Shown here: positions 12,168-23,700 of the stretch, piece after piece
Layout: every line of letters begins with the position of its first letter
Position numbering within the stretch: the stretch's first letter is position 1
From: Camelus ferus
Taxonomy: Eukaryota
Assembly: GCF_009834535.1 (NCBI RefSeq)
Contig: NC_045697.1
Location: 64,606,001-64,670,000, forward strand
Reading direction: 5' to 3'
Length of the DNA: 64,000 nt
The notes under the pieces: generated by a model
What the model was told of the DNA's origin: nothing
What the model saw: the letters and a program-made list of their open reading frames with translations, nothing else
Databases searched by the model: none
Program-made: the position numbers and the translations under genes

Positions 12168-13235
12168 TTGGTTGCTAAGTGAGTAGATCTTAAAAGAATG
12201 GCTATCATTAAAAAAAAGAATGGCCATCATAAAAAAGTCCACAAACAATAAATCCTGGAGATGGTGTGGAGAAAAGGGAACCCTCACTGTTGGTGGGAAT
12301 GTAGTTTGGTGCAGCCATTATGAAAACAGCATGGAGATTCCTCTAAAGACTGAAAATAAACTTATGATCCAGCAAGCCCACTCCTGGACATATATCCAGA
12401 GGGAACCTTAATTCAAAAAGACACATGCGTCCCAATGTTCATAGCAGCACTATTTACAATAGCTAAGACATGAAGCAACCTAAATATCCATCAACAAATG
12501 ACTGGATAAAGAAGCTGTGGTATATTTATACAGTGGAATACTACTCAGCCATAAAAAGGATAAAATAATGCCAGTTGCAGCAACATGAAGGGACCTAGAG
12601 ACTGTCAGGCTAAGTGAAGAAAGCCAGAAAGAAAAAGAAAAATACCATATGATATCACTCATGTGGAATCCAAAAAAAAAAAAAAAAAGGAAAAAGAGAA
12701 CACTAATGGACTCATCTACAAACAGAAATAGACCTGCAGACATAGTAAACAATCTTATGGTTATGATGGTAAAGGGGGTCGGGAAAGGATACATTTGAGT
12801 GTTTGAGATTTGCAGATGTTAACCACTATATATAAAAATGAATAAAAAACAAATTTCTTCTGTATAGCACAGGGAACTATATTCAATACCTTATAATAAC
12901 CTTTAATGAAAAAGAATATGAAAACAAATATATGTATATATATGCATGCCTGGGACATTATGCTGTACACCAGAAATTGACACATTGTAACTGACTGTAC
13001 TTCAATAAAAGATAACATAAATAAATGTGCCAACATGATCTTATATGAAATATGTCTAAAATACATTTAATCTCCCCACCCCAAAAAGTTCTCATCACAA
13101 GAAAAAACAAATTAAGTATGGTTGATGAAAGTTAATTAAATTTATTGTGATCATTATTTAACTATATATATCAAATCATTTTGTTGTATACCTCAAATAA
13201 TACAATATTATGTGTCAATTATATTTCAACTTTAA
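12168..13235 (+). mobile_element. Older L1 3' end (L1MA9-like) split by a younger L1
   Basis: gttgctaagtgagtagatcttaaaag at 12171-12196 resumes as aaaagttctcatcacaagaaaaa at 13084 and continues to tgtcaattatatttcaac. Confidence 0.75.
12197..13010 (+). mobile_element. 5'-truncated lineage-specific L1 (ORF2 C-terminus plus 3'UTR)
   Basis: MAIIKKSTNNKSWRWCGEKGTL ORF2 peptide; 3'UTR ends gtaactgactgtacttcaataaaa. Confidence 0.92.
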
Positions 13236-13313
13236 AAAGTATTATTGGATTTGTCTGTCATATATATATATATATAAAAGATATATAATGAGTAAAATCA
13301 GATGAATAACACT

Positions 13314-13377
13314 AGTGTCTGAATTCTGTATTCCATCACTAGTGGTTATAACTAGTATGGTACAGAATTCAGACACT
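13314..13377. repeat. Near-perfect inverted repeat / hairpin
   Basis: agtgtctgaattctgta (13314-13330) is the exact reverse complement of tacagaattcagacact (13361-13377); inner ccat/atgg and actagt/actagt also pair; 7-nt loop. Confidence 0.95.
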
Positions 13378-14095
13378 TACCCTTAGTGTACTAATATTCA
13401 GAAACTTACCAGTAATATACATGTAGAAACCATATAGTCTTGTAGCAATGTATAATATTACCTACTGGGCTGTTAGTTCTGAATTTTATGAAGATTAAAG
13501 GTTAACTGAAAAATCCATTGAACCTTTAACCCTGTGGCAAGACAATGTATTATAAGAAGCTAAAAGAGATTCCTTGCATCCTTTTAAGATTTTCTTTATT
13601 CTAAGGAACTTAATAACCTTAAATCATGACTAAGGGGATAGTTTTCATTTATCTACATTCACCTCTCTGAGTTACATGCTGAACTTGTCCTGTTTTTTTG
13701 TCCCTTAATAAGGCAACTTACTGCTACCTGTTATTAGTAAAAACCAACTTGTGCATTTGCTCAAAGCTTAGCCTTTTGGTAGAAGTCTCTCGTCAGTTGA
13801 TTTCTACAGATGGCTCTGATCCTCATTAGTAAATGATTCTAATAGTTGTCAGCCTGCTTCACTTGCGAAAATACCAATAACAAAACTGCATGAGGTGGCA
13901 GCTCTCTTTTGTGCATCTGCAGATGCAGTCACTGTCAGTCAGTGTTTTCCTTGGAGTCCAAGTTCTCCTTGGCACAATCAGTTGCCTCTTGCCTACTGCT
14001 GTATGACAAAAGGATTTTCACTTCCTTGGGAGAGTTACTTCCTGCTTGGACTCTGCTTAAACAAAGTTTGGTTCTTTTCACTTGTATGACACTTC

Positions 14096-15007
14096 TTTTT
14101 TTTTTTTTAACATTTTTTATTGATTATAATCATTTTACAATGTTGTGTCAAATTCCAGTGTTCAGCACAATTTTTCAGTCATACATGGACATATACACAC
14201 TCATTGTCACATTTTTTTCTCTGTGAGCTACCATAACATTTTGTGTCTGTTTCCCTGTGCTGTACAGTATAATCTTGTTTATCTATTCTACAGTTTTGAA
14301 ATCCCAGTCTATCCTTTCCCACCCTCCTCCCCCCTGGCAACCACAAGTCTGTATTCTCTGTCTGTGAGTCTATTTCTGTCCTGTATTAATGCTTTGTTTT
14401 TGTTTGTTTGTTTGTTTTTGTTTTTGTTTGTTTAGATTCCACATATGAGTGATCTCATATGGTATTTTTCTTTCTCTTTCTGGCTTACTTCGCTTAGAAT
14501 GACATTTTCCAGGAGCATCCATGTTGCTGCAAATGGCATCATGTTGTCAGTTTTTATGGCTGAGTAGTATTCCATTGTATAAATATACCACCTCTTCTTT
14601 ATCCAGTCATCTGTTGATGGTAATTTAGGCTGTTTCCATGTCTTGGCTGTTGTAAATAATGCTGCTATGAACATTGGGGTACAGATGTCTTTTTGAAGTA
14701 GGATTCCTTCTGGATATATGCCCAGGAGTGGGATTCCTAGATCATATGGTAAGTCTATTCCTAGTCTTTTGAGGAATCTCCATACTGTTTTCCACAGTGG
14801 CTGCACCAAACTGCATTCCCACCAGCAGTGTAGGAGGGTTCCCCTTTCTCCACAGCCTCTCCAGCACTTGTCATTTGTGGATTTTTGAATGATGGCCATT
14901 CTGACTGGTGTGAGGTGATACCTCATTGTAGTTTTGATTTGCATTTCTCTGATAATTGGTGATATTGAGCATTTTTTCATGTGCCTTTTGATCATTTGTA
15001 TGTCTTC
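14096..15007 (-). mobile_element. Young 5'-truncated L1 with an uninterrupted ORF2 C-terminal frame
   Basis: ORF 14432-14995 (187 aa) is the L1 ORF2 C-terminus ([19 protein letters not shown]...[28 protein letters not shown]) through its stop; 3'UTR and poly-A follow. Confidence 0.95.
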
Positions 15008-15737
15008 ATGAGATCGTTTGACGTCTCCTCAACTCTGTCATACTTCACACAAATACAATTCAAGAGGAATATACATTTTTAAAAGAATATTTTGATGCAA
15101 TTGAATTTCTTTCAAGTTGTATATTTTTATTTTCTCTGTGTATTTTGACAATTGAAGATAGGTAACCTTTTGAAATATATTCTCAGGTTTAACTTTTACC
15201 CTCTCTTATAAAAATGTTTGCTTTAAAATGTTTTTGAAATTACTTGAATGCTATGCTTCTCTGTAATTTTAGCTGTGCTGTATTTTTATACATGAGAATT
15301 ATTAAGAGAAAACATTAACTTCTCTATTCTTTTACTGGAATTGCTAATAGTGAAACATTTTTGTAGTGGCAAAAAACTAAAAGAAAGAAAAACAGTAGAC
15401 TTACTCGAAATTTCTTATTTAAGTGAGCTAATTTGTACTTAACACAGTCTCTAGGATACACTTTCTCACTTAGTAAAACTCACATACGTTTAACAGTCAC
15501 AACAAAAGAGGACTAGCCTGTAATCACTGTTTACAAAACTATTTTACTTGAAGTGTAAATTTCAGGTGGGCCTGAAATGGAAAGAATCTAGAAATTTCTC
15601 CTAGGTCTGCTGCTATTTTGTGGCCTTAGGCCACATTTTTAACCTTCTTAGGTCTGTATTTCCCTCAAGTTTGAAATAAAGTGGTTTGATTTATGATTCT
15701 AAAAAGCTATATGCATATTAAACTGCTATAATTTCAA

Positions 15738-15815
15738 TCATATATATATATATATATATATATTTAATTTAAGTGTTGTCAGTTACAATGTGTCAACCTC
15801 TGGTGTACATCATAA
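15738..15815 (-). mobile_element. Very short L1 3' terminus with a (TA)n tail
   Basis: gtcagttacaatgtgtcaacctctggtgtaca matches the reverse complement of the L1 end at about 12965-12996; (TA)n at 15738-15762. Confidence 0.75.
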
Positions 15816-18800
15816 TAAATCACATTTTAAATGCATTAAAGCAGACATCTTTTTAAGAAGGCATATTAAAATAATTTTCTAAGGGTAAGAATTATTTTGG
15901 ATTATGAATAATCTAAGTTCTGTTCAACCTTTCAACATAATGTGGTTAGTAGAATTTTGTAGTATTCTTTTGAGATCAATGGTCCTTTTATTTAGATATC
16001 TAAAGTACATCTAGTAATTTCTGTCATTTAATGTCTTAGAACATATAATTTTAGAATTGAAAGAGATTTTAGAGATCATTAAAAAACCATTTCCCTAGGT
16101 ACTAGAAAAAGGAGGCCTAGAGAAGTTGAATGACTTGCCCAAAGTAATGTATTTAATCAGGAAGATGAAAATTTAAGGAGATTTTAAGCAATCACCCTAG
16201 CCTTGTGGATTAAATTTTGTCAAAAGATCAGACATATTAAACTATTAAACATTGATTCAAACTAATCTTAGAGATTTGTTATAATATTTGTAGACTGTAT
16301 ATGTGATTATATTTTAAAAGACTGGCTTACTATATTTGTATGTATGAAAAATCTGTTGGTTTAGTGCTGATATTACCATTTGAGGAATTATTTTCTTCAT
16401 GATAGTGCATCATTTTGTATTTCCTTGACATAATAAAATCAAATCATCATTTAGCTTTTCTTTTTTACATTATGTTGAATGTTCGTATTATTGCCAAATT
16501 TCCAACTGTTTATATTTACTGTATCCATTAAGTCAAAAATATACTTGGAATCTGTCTTTAGAATAAAGCTAACTATTCTTATCCTAAATATGGACAAACG
16601 CACACACACATTTATAATTTACCCATGTAATTCAGTGTATATAAGTAATCTTAGAGTTTTTCACTCTTTACAGGTTTGAAAAAATTAAATTTTTCAAAAT
16701 TTATAAAATGCTTCATATCAAGTTAGGCAATTATTAAATCATTTAAATTTATTGTAAAGATGCTGGGAAATAGAGTACCTTATGCCTAATTGATATCATA
16801 TACATGAAACAAAACATAATTTTACATGCTGTATGATAATGCTACTATTTACCTTATTTCTCCTAATCTTAGTTATAAAATATATTTTTATGTTAACAAA
16901 CCACTTGTGCTTTAATCTATTTTGTCTTCATTTGACTAAAATTAAAAAAAAATTGAAAAAGTATGTCTTTTTTGTCTTCATTTACCTATAGTTTAAGAAG
17001 TATGAATATTTTAATTTTTTTCTAAGGGGAATTAATCTGAGACCTATTTATATTAACTATTCAGCCTAAAATTATATTCTGTATTGATTTTTATAGAAAA
17101 TATTTGCCACCAGAATAACAAAGCATGTAAAATATCAACTAAATTTAATTTTCAAATAAAATAAACATGTATTGACAGTAGTAGTAATATGGTTATTAAT
17201 GTTAGTATTGATATGTTTATCATGTGCTAAAAATAATCATTAATTTGATAATTTCCCTTAAGTTCACAATTCTCTCCATCTTTCTTGGGTCTCAGTCAAA
17301 AAAGTATGTGGAGTCCAAGATGATGCCAATAGCTGTCTGGATGCTTTGTTTCATGAGTTGGACTTTGTTAAAATTCTCTGCAAAATATATGAAGACAAGG
17401 AGAGAGTCTAACTTCCTGTTAGATTCTAATAATAATAGAATAAAAGGCAAAAATGTTTATATGTTTTGAAGTTTTGTCCGTAGATGTCACATATTTCAAT
17501 TTTTTAAAAAAAGTCGTTAAAAATTATACCTCTGTTTACTTGTTAAATTTTAGTTATTAAATCTTTTAATAACAGGGGGATATAGTGGAGTTGGGCAGTA
17601 CATTGTATAATGTATTGTTTTACAAGAAGAAAAACTACGATCACTTATAATATGGTTGTTATTGGCTCTGAGAATGATAAAAGGCTAAACAAGGAAGTCC
17701 CCAGGAGAGATACTGGAATTTCCCAGGTATGGTCAGTGCATGAGGCCTTCTGTAATACTACTTTCTGTCCTTTCAGTGTTGAAAACTGATCATCCTGTCG
17801 GGAAAAGGTTGAAAAGATTTCTAGAGCTTATTTTAATAGCCTTACAGGCATCTAATAGCATTTAATTTATATAGTGTCTTTAATTATATACAGGTCTTAA
17901 ATTATCTTTTAAGCCGTCCCAAACTGTACAAATAGTAATTCTGTACTTATTGCTTTGGAGAAGAAAATATTGTTTGTAGTAGCACACTTGTCAAATAGAT
18001 TAAAAATGTTCTAATTATGTGAAAAACTATCATCTACAGTATAGATTCAAAAGTGTTGATCTTAAATGTGGTGCAATCTGCCCTCTCTTTGTTAGTATCA
18101 GCGAAGCAGAGCTAACACTGACATTTGGAATGTGTTTTTTCCTTTTTTTTTTTTTTTAGTATCTTGCTCAGCCCTTTATCTTACACATAGTAGATTCTTG
18201 TGGGTAAATGTTGATTGTTTTCTATGTAATGATATTATTGCAAAATATACAGATTAGGAGAAAGATAACATGTACTCAAACATAGCATTTTAATTCTAAA
18301 TGAAAAAATTATTTAATCTCAGCATACTTATTATTTGAAGAAATTATTTACTAGCTTACAAAAGGACAAATCTTTAGCCTTTGTGAGCCTCAGCTTCTAA
18401 TGTGTGGATTTTGTATCACAGAGCTTTTGTGAAGATTAAATTATATCAGGTATTCGTAATACAAAAAGTTTCTTTCCTCTTCCAGCCTACCTCTGAATAT
18501 TTGATTTGGCTTCATCTTTGTCCAATTTTCTCATCTATTTTAAGAGTATTTTGTTGGCTTCTGTATATTTTTAGTAGCCTTGAGTATTTTGGAATATACT
18601 TTAATAAAATCTAGTTTTTGGTGCAAAGTCTTTTATTTTTATTTTGTGTTTCAGGATGTAAAATTTACAAACTGAATCAAAATGTGGAATCATGATATAG
18701 TCATTCTGGCTTATAGCAGAGTTCATTCTTCAGGGTACAGTTGGTTTACCTAAAAATCAGCTCTTTCAGCAAGCATTTCAAAGAATTCAATTATATGACT

Positions 18801-18959
18801 ATAAAATGGTAGATGTTGCATTATACCTCATCTGTAAACTCGCAATAATCAATAAATGTTGTTTTGCAACATCAAAAATAGGAAATTTTTGATAATCGTT
18901 AATTTATAATCAGAAAGCCCCCTTTTTTCCTCCAATATTAACCTAGTGCATTGTACAGT

Positions 18960-19200
18960 ATGACTTGATTTACTAGGTTCTAGGCACTATTCTAAAGGCT
19001 TTATATGTACAGTGTAATTTAATCCTCAAAAATGACCTAATGAGATTGGCAACTATTATTTCTCCACATACAGATGAGAAAGCTGAGGCATGAATAGTTG
19101 ATGAATTCACCTAAGGTTACCCAGTGACTGAGCAGCTGAGCCAAGATATGAACCCAGTAGTCTGGCTCCAGAATCTATACTTTCAACCAATATTCTACGC
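18960..19200 (-). mobile_element. MIR SINE, near full length
   Basis: ctaggcactattctaaaggcttta...tttaatcctca...acagatgagaaagctgaggc...tgaacccagtagtctggctccaga. Confidence 0.85.
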
Positions 19201-20705
19201 CATCTCCATTCTATATCAGCTCTATATCATACTTCTAGTATGCACTTTGTATGGGAGGACAGGTAGGCTACCCAGTGGTTTGGATGTTTTTCCTTGTAGT
19301 GGTGATGTATTGTCACTGAATGATAACAGCTTTTTCTTGATATCTGGAAGGTAGATTGGCAACTGAGTAATACTATTGTGTCAAGTATATGGTCATATAA
19401 AAGAGATTTGTTTGTTTGTTTGTTTGTATTGTTTTGTTTGCCCCTGCAATGCCAGTAATCTGGAAGGTGCTGGGACTTCATCATGGTAATGTTGCTTGTT
19501 CAATTCTGTACCCATATCAGTTAATTCATTTGGGCAAGACACATTATCACCACAATGTTCAAGTTTCTTTATTCTAATGCATTCTTTAAAGGGAATTCAT
19601 AAAGAATCACAATCATAAGGAAGTGCTGTAGACTTAATTACAATGTGTGAAAAATTTGACCATGGAATATCAGTGAAATGATTCTGAAATTTGAATTGAA
19701 CTCTGGAGCATTTGTCAGTTAGTGTAAAGATTCATTTTCTCTTATGCGTGTGGTCTTGATATACTCTGTGGTTTTAATTTTGCCAGTGACCATTCAGCAT
19801 CATACTTAATTTTCATCCTTAGACAACCATAAGAAATAATAAAGACAATGAAGATCAGGTGCCTACAGGCTGGAAATTTGTTTATTAATATTTTGTCAGA
19901 TATTTTATTAGTCTTTTCCTACATAGTTGAAATAAAATTTTTAAAATGGATTTTTGGGTGTAGGTAATTTTTGTCAGTGGGCTTTCCACTAGTACTAAAA
20001 ATGTACTAGGTGTTTCCACGTACTAGATTTTGAATATATTTATGGCTATGCTAAGATTGAAACAATGTTAGAGATCTAGAATTTAATGTAAATTTTGTAT
20101 TCTGTTAAGTGACTATATTGAGTCCATGACATTACATGTTCTCCTGAGGTCGGAGAAAATACCATATTTTAAAAGAAGAGCTGAAAAAAAAATAGTGATA
20201 GCTATATCCATGGCAACAGCATAACACCCATACAAAAGGGAGTGAGAGTGTGTTGGCTAGATAGCTGCATGGCAACAGCAGGCTAGAAGGAGAGGAGGAA
20301 GGAAAGTTTTGAACCAATACTATAGTAGGCTTTTTGAATGTATTAGGTTTAGCCATTAATAGATCCAATTGATTTTTTTTACCTTCTTCATATTTGTGAT
20401 TTTAATTAAAAAGAACAGTTAAAAAGATTTAGATGTGTGGTGTAAAATCAGTAAATGTGCACTTAAAATATGCATCAGTATGAGTATATGCTATTGGAAA
20501 TTAAAAGCATATTATTAAGAACAAAGTTCTTTGCAATTCATTGATTGCATATATTTGTGAAGAACTGAAATACATATGTCTAAAATAAGTTAACTATCAA
20601 ATTTAAAAAAGATTGAACTTTATTTTTTGTTTTTATTTTCCCAGTAAAGTGTGCAAATGTGCATATATACATCTATGTGTGTGTTTATATATATAAATGA
20701 ATATA

Positions 20706-20781
20706 TTTTTTTTAATGTACATGTGTAAAAGCACTGTTGAATTTTTTTTTTAATGTACATGTGTAAAAGCACTGTTGAATT
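20706..20781. repeat. Tandem duplication, 38-bp period, 2 copies
   Basis: (t)n-aatgtacatgtgtaaaagcactgttgaatt occurs twice in direct succession (units start at 20714 and 20752). Confidence 0.95.
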
Positions 20782-23700
20782 CTTCTAGAAAGTCATTTCA
20801 TTTAGTTAGACGTGTGTTTTGGCCATTGTGGGAGATAGAAATGAACATTGTTAGATAGTCCTAGAACAAATTCTTTCTAATAAATCAAATGACAGATTTT
20901 GAAAATGGTATATTGAAATTCTGAGTTTTTACATATTATAGTTTCTTTACAAATCAAAACTAATCAATAAGCTTAGTATCAAAACTCAAAGGGCAAAAGG
21001 TAGGAGATGTTAAAATTTTCCTCTGAGCCCAAATCTACCTTACCTGTACTGTAAGAAACATCCTAATCCAGCCTTTTGTTTTTCACTTATTCCTAAAGGG
21101 GTTTGAAATTTACCCCAAGAGAAAATGCAAAGAAAGCCCCTTAAAATGATTAAAATATAAAGTGATTAATTCTCCCGCTATTCAAAAAATAGGCTGTTTT
21201 TCTGACCCTTTTAGTTGTACTGATCCAAGACTTGGTCTTTATTTTGTGTATTTCCTTTTTTTTCCCTTTTCTTCTTTTTTTTCTCCTCTTCCTCCCCTTC
21301 CTCCCCTCTTCCCCTACCTCCTTTTAATGATGCTTGACTTAATACCCAAGTTATTTGAAGCCTCACTATAAAATGGATATATAAAATTTAATTGTTATCT
21401 ATTAGTTTGCTTCCAGATAATGTATCTGCTTAACATCAGGAATATTTCCATGATATTTAGTTACACTTTTAACCTACAAATTATCCCTTGTAGCTGTTAA
21501 AGTTAACGAAATTTATATCCATTCTTTCCTCAAAAATGTAATACATCTTTATATCTTAATGATATCTTAGTACAATGGTCTCTAAGTTATTTATTTAGTT
21601 GCTGAACCCTTTCTTTAAATCAGAGTATTATCCTAAGCATAAAGAAGGATAAAGAAAGATATTCTGGTTGGAAAGAAGGTGTTTTTGTAAAGTGGCTATA
21701 GAGTAAACATTCTCAACTTGAATGCAACTTTTTCAGAACTTTTGTGGATTTTTGTCACTTTTGTTTACTGCTGTACCGTTAGTGCACAGAGGAGTACCTC
21801 AGACAAAGCAGGCTCATTATCCCCTCAGCCCTTGAGGGATTTATGTGGAGTATAGTGAAAACATGGTTCTCCATCCTGTTAGCCAGTCAGTGATCCTGGA
21901 TTTCTATCCTACTCATATAGCTTATGTCATACACATTAACAGTAGGAGGAGTGTACCTGCCTATGTGTGTACGTACAAATATTTGGTCTGGTATTATTAA
22001 AACTTCTGATAGAAAAATAAGAAGATTCTTCAAGCTAGAGGTTGTTTCATTCTGTAAAGCAGTAAAAAAAACCCACAAAACTCAATGATATCTGCAGAGA
22101 TTCATGATACATTCAAGGCATTCTAGGAATGGCCTTGGAAGCTGTCCAAAATGGTAATGCTTTTGGACCTGGAGCTGTGAGAGAAGCCTGGGTTACCATC
22201 ATGCACCATAGGCTTCTTACTGTAATGATGTTTCCTTATATCTTGGGAAATGTTAGGTGATTCATATATAATTTGTCTTATAAAATATGGAAATATATCT
22301 GCTGAAAAATAGACCGGCTCAAAAGTCATATTTTAGAATATCTAGTGTTGTAAAATAGTCATTTTGGCCTTCCCACCATAAATGTTGACAGTTATGATTT
22401 GATTTGTTTTCATAAACATTCAGGACAAACATTTGGGCTGCCCTTTGGTATCACATATCTCTTTCATTATAATTCAAGATTTTGCCCACTTTTGAAATGA
22501 CTGTGTGACTAAACATATATTTAAGTAGTTTCTATGAATTGTCAGTATTTGTTTTGTATTTCTTTAATTTGAAAAATATGTAATGATCTATTTAATTTTT
22601 ACATTAGATATTTTATTTGTGGCAACATAAGAGTATCAGTTGGAATTACAAAGAATGGAGACATTCTTACATAGTCTAAGATAAGGAAATAAAAGCACTT
22701 TCCCCCTCCCATTACCTGTAGTGTTGCAGGCATATTGATGTTATAGAAACTCTGAAGGTAAAATGTGCAATCCTTAAAACAGGAATATTCATAAAATACA
22801 TAGCTCTTTCCTGCAAGGTTTTGCAGCTGCATTTTAAAAACAAAATTAATATTACTCGTTTTGAATTTCAAAAGTTTGGCATTTGGCAGTATGTAGAGCC
22901 CCTGCATAGATTTCTACATATAAATTGGTTTAAGAATAAATAAATTAGACTACACAAATATTTGTGTAAATATAGTCCTACTTTTTGTATGTCTTTTGTT
23001 TTCAATTTGAAAGACTTTAAGTTCTCTGGAGTTAAATATAAAAATAAAATAATTTGTGTTTGTGAAAGAATATATATATTTACATTTTTGAAATGTATAG
23101 CTAATTTTCCCTTGAAATAAATCCTTTAATATTTAAATAGATAAAATATGCCCTTTATGAGATGTTGTCCCCCTCACCACAGATGATGAAGGGTTTGCTT
23201 TGTGATCTAACAAAATTCATTTTTATGTGGTAGTATTTTGTATGACATTCTGTTCAATGACACCCTCAAGGTAAAATTCTGTAATGATATTGAGTTGTCT
23301 TCAAAATGGTAACGTCTACATCTTTTTGTTGTTGTTACTTATAAAGTGTTTCAACCTGACTAGGAAGCACATCTATCATTTTGCTACTTTGTCATGATTT
23401 CCTTTTGATCTATAAACCAGATTTTATCAGGGATGCATATTCTATATTCACACTCAGTATACTGTTACTGAGGACATTGCTAATGTGATCATTAAAGTGA
23501 TAAGTACCATGTATTCTACACTGTATTCCTTAAGGGAAAACAAGAATTGTAATATTAATTTTAAAGTCCTAATGTATGGGAAGTAAAAATTAGTCTATCA
23601 ACACTCTCCATTGCAGTAGTGGCAAAGTAAAGACAAAGATATGTTATTGAAATAAATGGGAATTAATTTCATGCTATGTACTTTAGCATTGCTGGCAGGA

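Noticed and set aside
13495..13529. Small hairpin ttaaaggtt...aacctttaa
   Set aside because: A 9-11 bp AT-rich stem is compatible with chance in 64 kb
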